DNA of 64,000 nucleotides from an uncultured Clostridia bacterium (GTDB taxonomy: Bacteria > Bacillota > Clostridia > Christensenellales > UBA1242): assembly GCA_944384415.1 (NCBI GenBank), contig CALWTF010000005.1:12890-76889 (forward strand), given 5' to 3'. Numbering within the stretch: position 1 is the first letter of the stretch; each line of letters opens with the position of its first letter. Both the position numbers and the translations under genes were made by a program. Under the pieces are notes generated by a model. It did no database searches. It saw only the letters and a program-made list of their open reading frames with translations, and was not told the origin of the DNA. Of the stretch, positions 37,301 through 42,287 are shown piece by piece.

Positions 37301-39609
37301 CTGCAACTCAAGGTATGGGAATAAACTTTGTTTATAACTTTGACCAAGGCGCAGCAGCTTATGGCAAAACCTCGGTAAACTTAGCTGCTCCTTCAACTGG
37401 TTGGGGTGGAAATAAATCTATTTATGGTGAATTAACTGCTTCAACAAGATTTAATAATTGGGATGAAGACCAAGTACATCAAAGCAGACAACAGGCAACT
37501 GTTTATGAAATATTTATTGAAACTAATGCTATTGTAGATTCAACAGTAACTGCATCTAGCAAATGTATTGGAAAATCATATTTGTCTGGTGCTGCTGATG
37601 GTTACTTGAACACAGAAAATGTTACATATTATAACTTACAGTTAAAATATAATGTATATAATGATATAGTTTTAAAAAGTTCTGGAACTGAAAGTTCAAC
37701 AGTTGATTTAACTGGTGAAAGGGCTACAATGGGTAGTGTAAATAATGGCTACAGTGTTTCATTTAACACTAGAACCAATGGAAATGCTGGTGCAAGTATA
37801 TCTTTAAATTATGCAGGAACTTTTGATTATATGGCATATACTACTGTTGAAGCTACTGGTCCATTTACTTATAAAAACAATGGTGGAAGTTTTGTTGCAG
37901 TTCAAGCTACTAAGAATAAAACTGTTGAAGGTTTTAGTGCATTAATTTTGCGTGATGCAATAAATAATTTAATTGGTGAAAATGGTGGAGCTGGTGGTGT
38001 TTATACAATTAGCTATCATATAAGTTACACTCAATCTGGAACTTGGAATGAAACAACCCCATATTTAAGCAGTGAAGAAAGTAGAACATTTACTTATGAA
38101 TATTTCAGATTAGTTGATAATGCTCAAATGACAGTTATGCAATCAGGTGATGGTGTAAACTTTAGGTCTAGTTATCAAGCAACAGCAAATTCATTCTCTT
38201 ACACCTTCTATGGTCACTATTCAATTGATATGTATCAAGTTAATGCTAATACAAACTCAAAAGTGCAAACCAGAACTTATATAGGAGGGTTTGACCCATA
38301 TTCAGTTGTTGGTGGAAACGGTACATCTGGAAGTAATTCGTATTATTACAAAGCTTTTGATGATACCAAGTGTGATGCATTAAGTGACAGAGCTATTTCA
38401 AATGCTTCAAGTTTCACGAGTAATTGCTATACCTATTTCCCTGGTTATATTCAAGGTGGAAAAAATCAATTTATCTATACAATAACAGCTGGTGATACAA
38501 AATATAACTTAAAATATCAAGGTTTAGTAACATTAGATGAGTATATGATTTTAAGTTCATATGCTCAAATGGTGCAAGCAGAATATGGTTCAACACACAC
38601 TGCAACATTAGAAGATTATCACACTGAATATTCTGCAGAAGAATATTTGGTAGATTTTGATGGTTTATCTCATGCTTATGTAGTAACAAACAATAAAGTT
38701 AGTGCAAATCTTTCAGAGCTTATTTCAACAGTAACAATGATGTATGCTAACGCTTTCTCATACAGTTACAGTTTAAGTTATTCTTCCTATGCAACATCAA
38801 CACAAAGTGATTATAGTGGTGAATATCAGGTAATAACAAAAAACACAAGTTCGAAATCCGATTCAGGAAAAACCACTTATTCTAAAACAAAATCCGGTGT
38901 AACTGAAACTATTGCACTAGGGGATAATTGCTATAAGGTTACAGGTGCAACATTTAGTGTAAGTTGTAAGTCTGGTTTTGCAAGTGTTATTGAAGAAGGT
39001 GGAACTAGTACAATAACTTTGACAGATAAGTTAGTTAGTATATCTGCTGGCGCTTCAGAAACTCAAACTATATTGGAAACAAGAGTTAGTATTGTTCCTT
39101 CACCTTTGGTTTACGGCAGCGGAGTAGCTCAGGAGAGTTTTACAGCAAAAGCTGATATAGAAATTACAAAAAATGCATTAGCTTACTATAGAAGTGATTT
39201 TTCATTAGTTGTTAATTACTCAGAGTCAGGAAGCACAACCCATTATTGGACACACAGACACGAAAATAAAGTTACAGGTTTGTTTGGTTCAGAATGGCTT
39301 TGGACTATCAGTAGTGAAAGTTCCCCAGGCGGTTCGTTTAGTTGCAATGAAGTGATAACTTTAGATGCAAAGCAAAAAGAACAAAAAATTGTTAAATCAG
39401 TAACAACATTAGAAGAAACAAAGAAAAGACCTAATGATAGTAGTGGATTTTGGACTAAAGAAGTATATTATGATGAATATGTTGAATATACAAGGAATTA
39501 TACATTTAGTGCACAGTTGAATGCTACTAATAAGTCTAATCCTGAGGGTGGAACAACATATATACCTGCTCATCACTCGTCTTCTGGTCTTGCTGGTTTC
39601 TTAAATTAA
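25369..39609 (+). CDS. Giant membrane-anchored surface protein (4,746 aa) made of many diverged FN3-like modules
   Basis: Uninterrupted 14.2-kb ORF starting 32 nt after the previous stop, with RBS GGAGGA. The N-terminus is MSKYKPRGRGRKNS plus one TM helix (aa 17-38, nt 25417-25482). Then come modules such as ISWNEVNGADSYEIYLQ, LSWNKINNASSYRVYLYQ, LSWAPVENALTYKVYIND and LSWLPVENASNGYIVMING. No LPXTG, SLH or choline/cell-wall-binding repeats were recognised. Confidence 0.9.
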   Translation: MSKYKPRGRGRKNSLPTIGAIILVILLVGIICLFGLIFRPSSESSSGPLNTPENIQVYKTGSDEEGWKYFVSYDEVKGSDKYVIHIDDMFTTSSSATVTDITKFITDAKVYSIGVQAVNNKISSYSSSIVYTEYSNAMQLATPQVTRQNETFLWGSINNATSYTLEVSYGSTVDEYSVTTPNFDLSPILNATKDDPTATKFTVKVKASYSGDLLWLESNYSNSVEYVITKTLANPILTYFTDSVVEEEEVKILHKISWNEVNGADSYEIYLQKLGSSYELIQTLIHPIELEFDLTNYVSEVGNYSVYIKAISDQEYTISSSSSTQQFIITHKLATPMITEAIAEGEYMKVSWVPGDDLNLQTHYYLELYNANTNAIVLGVDVYGTNYSFLLSTIPEGAYRMVVTAKHNTQPNLYIDSEPSTSVDRNIEPKITSPSQIIYVQEKPSSTASLSWNKINNASSYRVYLYQIVGEQEVPFGNVINQTGNTLTLPFTTAGIYYVKVMALATESSFYQDSDYSEATECLFREYLGKTTSISMNDDNTILSWAPVENALTYKVYINDVEIEATIQDTSATNMGEIFSNVELYPSSETVPYRISVRAIGEDGGIYADGEVETIYFYLIRKLDMPTGLSYEQTPNTNEVTLSWLPVENASNGYIVMINGVAPVELQNITETTCSIGSYLLPGTNNILIGANQCTNYAASNYASFETNPTFTYYMQPLSNFSITADVVEGSVTYYASFTTHKYANFYLFNFYASTGDVYTGQSAQRIYSTSNEIVTFVVDYEWIKRYDDCITTVEILTAYDENLQGSTESNFNPAYIIGDGKNTSYSHSVTTYYTYTNESVLVMIDGNSVEIEETSMTSRKISWLYPTSYIENTSMFYITITKIDAVNGNSSSNYVVVASSGVESDIEGYQKFTWLFENLDVGEYTVKLQAISSNPNIANSGSTFANFVLSIQQQKPDGLNIKYDETSGDIVAVWNMIPTHQSFTSYYVQLYVIPKDSSEPILVQQWNSRTSTGSTQNIIQINFSTEISESNKNKTIEENMVSGQYYITVKANAYGDYYLESETAEMTEYFEYDAVVDAPTVLINQENETALIEYQKDTNYMLYYMAPNTEQYVQMSPTNSLQTINDVKYRVYNLSSVFNQSSFSVGIYLISAVAVKVFGETETVSSANSVPVEFKVMKNFDSASFENVELVYEYLNGQDVSTFEASWMQVTVEDGAVNATDYEIDVYSGSSNYLRNIKVQLENNNYVVYMYNVQSDTWNKYSHTNINSSLNTKTYNYIVDGNYKFTLSEITEESGIKMLLKVYDLSDFTVGTTYNVIIYTLASEEHYYKQSLTYGYKSFKFMAKWLPPTISFVDSATSSKLPEKYIEANSTTISFDTTANGTSNVKYTFTVYITNLLTGIASEFTTSGSTMANVGTVFVIDESMLSDAGLYRIEAKIVNTTKVESRCSSPIYIYNALNMESPVLTRVTKAETQSSTPSPLGDGSYEKDINLNWTFNGYQFVADLDSETYADFISGLGFILNIVEIDENGNIVQNGLSAQIPISSSMFETTDWQNFNFTVLLDNYPALSNYFWSKQWADGESKTHYAFTLQAISYPTYITGIVQNEVSNGYIDVIENYIPHFQTGVFEISGDDYLYYFNKNSDIYTLIVRRDNVLSLTSNITLENNGDIVTITWDVVTDPTGTTEVGYKFVYYTIGYDNTYILYYSKDGSTNENSMVSQQVYYYNNNFYTDQNHTTVITFDNTGVFMGENTWFDAQDVNGFSIVNQTQPLVYGVWVYCYPMAGESASIAASGVYYQTVVRTVQFNMPTSISWSVFTDDTGTQHELSFANNIQQQINNANINNYTSLYTLTLGGFVIGTNDWSNKTPSLNNGNFVAYITELYNANSFVEYQDENGITHSRLYDWQLNAKDYSLSVYDPNVEGGIATHILYSSNTSSGQCYRSIVIERNVPANDTTTFIIENGSYYAQWNEISDATIYEMQFVTANGQPIGNNLSYFTNGEIPSDYVEKITVYIDYDRQYASWQMAGRTYEQEVQYISGSGNKIIKVDFTPLLNGRVAGPYYLAIYTVADPAKFITTNGNATTSSLQFTYNKAYSPVENIEFGFDNEGIVQTISWDGALDADGSWVHEYAYFELQVWKTVGEGENPLLISLSGNNDKSLNCIFENVEGIQSVSNRLTSITYDEDTNRITVNIGSVFRQYLVENGIRIGGDYTVGIVVIPASSSKSSFKESTQATASFAHKVKLEFDQSVSYTSFLIDDCLDESASQNNREPSYIEDSVNTANIYLSNPDVNGNFNIKSINILQWLPAVQSTSIKVYVKNSAGEWVETLQFDNINIQTNNLVLLSGGTVQLQSGKNELAIQAVGINNYYVASELKTFTVNVYYKHATPTLSFDINSDIVYTNASETFSGTVSSLTLHLDDTWAEKEYGVVIYAYKVVDGVYEPYLAWQTSDANGDDENNRLIWKVLNGTACFVYPDTYKDVSKRGKVVNFMDFFYENANQTSGTNKMVSLVGAYDYVFRAKIFAKKSDSSEQYMLNSEFSNITNIFNYTYQMETPTPYVFDYEGTKEIHENVIRDGNNSATAVYVKWPIDQTNFKSVIQYTITVWDGQDKIDEPFERGNGNPNNAGNTVEYSAYIQIYYNENGVAEYSLYAVTMKTYKGSATTISESQYGRYFQIQDGYVVFNMMPFIESTQRVDQYISGVYRYHIQAVQGSTMIGTSTSVGLRVNNYMNISQFAGEYFSGTDVENSNFDYYYEYQHKVPYPVTFTNAVVDNSGNLAITLQDTYATAETIVVTVNGKQTIYSIETPTSSSTTYYVNISTLLLPGDANSVSIYIGAVEFYMQGNPYEVTLGFDEWSTELTTLRDLQWTYNAGSHEISWNVNFNSNYTEDPRLDSGDGVLDADLLHYKLEVLYSPNLISNTEDLPANSMFDYFATQLGVEKLTIENLQNVEGQTIIKFSPQTRNYMFNLIDCVKLIDNSWLEENALRGGWYMLRLTLTAKDTNGISPSGTENYLDAVSYITPMIKQVLAPWKMSTSGDFWAAQSDYVFKDTDNPTLSQKANWADNRDVNWGIKFTVQPVSGNYPTTYRVFYWRDGSTTPFENYFEVTGENVTLNGGYVYLNLRSGFASVVQAGVYNFAWQALGVADCAEDSEYSYILSATAYQSMDVPLSLSAYGGFGLANYVRVSVPTLSETLSNQTQRSCMITWTYINNTGESSIDLSFSASLMNFVGNDLQDGQTYPTGVNGYGPVTATNERNYSYFKNGDTTLNMIEGDNYISIKAVVSGRNGYYLDSSWSTLKKYTWEVVLSAPEIDIYGTSLTAYDENQAYTYRTIPENEESITTDTVNAVDTVDRGGRRETEDYQSTYTNMLTMSVKVSKESVLDNITLLEIMSFDPVTNSLFSQNNALCHYLVKGDLTTGLCYLYQKKNIQYTNNAINSEEWVDADGREIGTCSLNADESVTFMINGFKIYELLPTVTYVNVKVKTETGEETTFTGTKDFANIPQTYRFIMRSYSELTSSEDSGFNYNHTLRLIAPEVTEVNFTGSSIEVLDGQKFINNDLQQSYEIVLNIDKVSRNAKWLMLYAYVDQENGNNYYNVDTGYNAEYSMTNYDDLRSNCLIYDIRGLVNFENSKSTYGTITLTILKDSSLWEFINANTPNVFYFAAQAVSELGYAEDPTVWEGDWYDDYTLDKVQLSQMQLRYCESYIGQPMNCIIYRQFEEAQINLKLDYGQVSTNEQPTALTDSNVKQTVKYNNSDLSTNLAIDNLALDPYLIVEENDYANALLSHEYVEAQKYAGYEITVGLPSGLEKSKTVYSMMNEEGAQGSGLMDATTLFDQLNSTNPARYYFEGNNYVCVTMLEDPCIYDLLFSLFAENKTEATMTGGVCYIKIRIIRETRTTVSKSKNFWVSQDNSDLDTLDFVFYLRPDAVKLTLGNAVFDASNPLVVDWETTNNENELLYPNNIPLQWTESSKFMSTYKISILRTTATQGMGINFVYNFDQGAAAYGKTSVNLAAPSTGWGGNKSIYGELTASTRFNNWDEDQVHQSRQQATVYEIFIETNAIVDSTVTASSKCIGKSYLSGAADGYLNTENVTYYNLQLKYNVYNDIVLKSSGTESSTVDLTGERATMGSVNNGYSVSFNTRTNGNAGASISLNYAGTFDYMAYTTVEATGPFTYKNNGGSFVAVQATKNKTVEGFSALILRDAINNLIGENGGAGGVYTISYHISYTQSGTWNETTPYLSSEESRTFTYEYFRLVDNAQMTVMQSGDGVNFRSSYQATANSFSYTFYGHYSIDMYQVNANTNSKVQTRTYIGGFDPYSVVGGNGTSGSNSYYYKAFDDTKCDALSDRAISNASSFTSNCYTYFPGYIQGGKNQFIYTITAGDTKYNLKYQGLVTLDEYMILSSYAQMVQAEYGSTHTATLEDYHTEYSAEEYLVDFDGLSHAYVVTNNKVSANLSELISTVTMMYANAFSYSYSLSYSSYATSTQSDYSGEYQVITKNTSSKSDSGKTTYSKTKSGVTETIALGDNCYKVTGATFSVSCKSGFASVIEEGGTSTITLTDKLVSISAGASETQTILETRVSIVPSPLVYGSGVAQESFTAKADIEITKNALAYYRSDFSLVVNYSESGSTTHYWTHRHENKVTGLFGSEWLWTISSESSPGGSFSCNEVITLDAKQKEQKIVKSVTTLEETKKRPNDSSGFWTKEVYYDEYVEYTRNYTFSAQLNATNKSNPEGGTTYIPAHHSSSGLAGFLN

Positions 39610-39635
39610 AAGTTATTTTAACTTGTTTTTAAATA

Positions 39636-39672
39636 AAAAGAAGTATAAAGTTTAAGTTTATACTTCTTTTTT
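39636..39672 (+). terminator. Strong Rho-independent terminator of the giant operon
   Basis: Perfect 14-bp stem aaaagaagtataaa / tttatacttctttt with loop gtttaag and a T tail. Confidence 0.85.
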
Positions 39673-39720
39673 ATATATCTAAACAATTTTTAACATTAAG
39701 TAGCTAATAAAAATGGTAAC

Positions 39721-39749
39721 TTGTATTTTAATAAATTGTATGATATACT
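39721..39749 (+). promoter_or_regulatory. Candidate promoter of the AAA+ ATPase gene
   Basis: TTGTAT (39721-39726), 17-nt spacer, TATACT (39744-39749) preceded by TGa (extended -10). Confidence 0.45.
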
Positions 39750-39781
39750 ATATTTCATAATAAATTGTTGTGAGAAAATAA

Positions 39782-42127
39782 ATGAGAAATGTATTATCAA
39801 GAATAAAAGATATTGTAGAATCGGTTGAAGAGCCAGAATTAAAAGTAAAGGATTTATTAAATAAAGTTACAATTTCGGAAATTTTACAATCTTTAAATGC
39901 TTATGATTCTATATTTTTACCAACAGAAAAAATTTTATCAAGAACAAAAGTTAAACCATCAGATTATGCGATAATGAATGGAGCAATACCTATGCCAAAT
40001 TCTATTTGGGATAGATGGATTTTTTATGAGAGTTCAAAAGATAAAACCAATTTAAGTAATATTTATTATGATACAACAAAAAGTATAGCTCCTGTAATTG
40101 CTTTAGATACTAGTGTAGTAATTTCTTATATGAAAAAATCAATAGATTTTAAAATTGAACCAGATTTAGATAACAATTTTTCTAGTTCTCAAATTTCTAA
40201 AATGTCAGATTATACTATGGAATTAGGATATTTTCCACAAGATATAGCTTCAAATAGTGATGAATTAGAAAGATTATTTAAAAAGGGTTTAATTACTGCA
40301 ACTGGGAGAAGTTATGTTGGCTATCTTGATGATAAAAATACGATTGTTCAAAATTTAGAATACATTTATAAAGGTGTAAGATATGTAAGGGTTAGTTTAC
40401 CAACTAGTGTTTTGGATAATAAGCAATTTTATATTGATAAACCTAATTTTTATAATAAAAAAGAGTTGTGGGCAAAAGTTCAACCTATTAAGTGGTATAT
40501 TGTAAATTGGGATAATTTACCAAAAGAAATTAATCCGTATGGTAAAAATTATGATAAAATAATTTTGGCAATTTCTACAAGCTCATTAATTGGTGGAGTA
40601 CCTTATGTTGTTAAAAGCAATGTTACAAAAAACAAGGATTTAATTTGGCAAAATTGTTTGATTAGGGCTTTGTTGAATGGTTATAATATTTATGAAGAGC
40701 TAAGTAATGGCAATGGTAATTTTGATTATCGTGCTCAAATTAATTTTGATTTTAAAGGGAACGGTTTTTATGACCAAGTTTTTTTGGATAGTTTAAATAA
40801 AAGTGCTGATTTAACTAACCAAGAAGAAATTAATGAAAATGATGTAATTTATGATGATGGTGAGTTTTTAACAACTAAAACGCGACTTGAAAGGCTTAAT
40901 CCTGATAAAACTCCTAAATTACAACGACGCTTAATGACTGATACTGAAATTATAAAAAGTTGGATAGATTCAGGTGAATCGGTTTTATTGCGTGGTCCAT
41001 CAGGTATTGGAAAAACAGAAAGAATTAAAAAATGTTATCCAAATTTAATTTATATTAAACTAACAAATAATATGTTTCCTGAAAAGGTGGTGGGGTCTGT
41101 GAATTTACAAACAGGACAATTAATACCACCTGATTTTGCAAAAGAAGCAATTATGGCTTGTGCAAATGAAAAAGAAAAAAAACTTATTAAAGAAAACATA
41201 CAAAATTTATATGAATTTGCTGATATAATTTATGAGCGTTCTAAAAACAGAGATGATAAGATAGTAATTTTATTGGATGAATTATTAAATGTTAAACCAG
41301 CTGTGCAATCGCTTGTTTATTCTCTTGTTTTAAATAAAATGGTAGAGTCAGGAAAAGGTTTAAAATTACCTAATAATGTTGTAGTGGTAGCTACTGGTAA
41401 TCAAAAAAAATATTCCAGCGTTGCTGAAGATTTAGTAGAACCATTAGAGAAACGCTTTGACCACATTTTAGATATGGAGCCAAAAGTTAATGAATGGTTA
41501 GTAGAGTATGCTATACCTAATAAATTGCATTCCACAGTAATAGGATATATTCTAACTAAATATATTGAAAGTGGTAAAAGTGAAGATAGAAACAAAATAG
41601 GATATTTTTATGAAGAACCAGAAGTTGGAGAATTACATTTAGATAAAAATGGTTGTCGTGGTAGAACAAATGACCCTCGTGGCTGGGCTTCAATTTCAAA
41701 AATGCTTTATAATTTTGAAGAAGATTTAAAATCTGGCAAGTTTATTGGTAAAGATGTGGAATCTTTATTAGAAACTACAATTAATTCAAAATTAAGAACA
41801 GAATGGGCAGCTGAATTTTTGGATTATTATAACTGTCCAACAATTTCAATAGAAGATATAGTAAAAAAACAGTATAAAGCAACAGATTTACCAACTAATA
41901 TAAATGAAAAATTTGCAGTTTTAGCTGGTTTGCTTAATGCCAATGATAAAGAATTTAATGCTTGTAGGAAGTTTATTGAAGAATATTGTTCGCCAGAATA
42001 TGTAAAAATTTATGATATGTATTGGGCAGGTAATGATGAAAATCGTATTGAAAAAGTGGCTGAGTTGGAAGAAATGAGTATGTTTGACTCTATAACTAAA
42101 GGTAAAAACCAAGAAAAAGTTAAATAA
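39782..42127 (+). CDS. AAA+ ATPase (AAA_5 / MoxR-McrB-like core) with a 380-aa N-terminal domain of unknown function
   Basis: Walker A LLRGPSGIGKTE (nt 40994-41017 encodes GPSGIGKT), Walker B IVILLDELLN, sensor-1-like VVVVATGNQ. N-terminal motifs are ELGYFPQ, WAKVQPIKWYIV and LIWQNCLIRALLNGY. No signal peptide or TM helix. Confidence 0.8.
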   Translation: MRNVLSRIKDIVESVEEPELKVKDLLNKVTISEILQSLNAYDSIFLPTEKILSRTKVKPSDYAIMNGAIPMPNSIWDRWIFYESSKDKTNLSNIYYDTTKSIAPVIALDTSVVISYMKKSIDFKIEPDLDNNFSSSQISKMSDYTMELGYFPQDIASNSDELERLFKKGLITATGRSYVGYLDDKNTIVQNLEYIYKGVRYVRVSLPTSVLDNKQFYIDKPNFYNKKELWAKVQPIKWYIVNWDNLPKEINPYGKNYDKIILAISTSSLIGGVPYVVKSNVTKNKDLIWQNCLIRALLNGYNIYEELSNGNGNFDYRAQINFDFKGNGFYDQVFLDSLNKSADLTNQEEINENDVIYDDGEFLTTKTRLERLNPDKTPKLQRRLMTDTEIIKSWIDSGESVLLRGPSGIGKTERIKKCYPNLIYIKLTNNMFPEKVVGSVNLQTGQLIPPDFAKEAIMACANEKEKKLIKENIQNLYEFADIIYERSKNRDDKIVILLDELLNVKPAVQSLVYSLVLNKMVESGKGLKLPNNVVVVATGNQKKYSSVAEDLVEPLEKRFDHILDMEPKVNEWLVEYAIPNKLHSTVIGYILTKYIESGKSEDRNKIGYFYEEPEVGELHLDKNGCRGRTNDPRGWASISKMLYNFEEDLKSGKFIGKDVESLLETTINSKLRTEWAAEFLDYYNCPTISIEDIVKKQYKATDLPTNINEKFAVLAGLLNANDKEFNACRKFIEEYCSPEYVKIYDMYWAGNDENRIEKVAELEEMSMFDSITKGKNQEKVK

Positions 42128-42287
42128 GCGATTTATTAAGATATTATAAAAAATTACATTTTAAAGTATTAGTTTTTTATTAATAATTTAAAATTATGTT
42201 TAAGTTTTTTATTATTGTTAATTAAAAAAATTTACAAAAAAAATTAATTTAAATTTGTTTTATTTAATTTACATTTAGCGAGGTTTT

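Noticed and set aside
18476-39609. Possibility that the giant ORFs are a nucleotide-level tandem-repeat array, an assembly artefact or a CRISPR-like repeat structure
   Set aside because: Module sequences differ at almost every position at the protein level, and I could not find repeated DNA strings. The periodicity exists only as a weak protein motif, so this is genuine diverged coding sequence.
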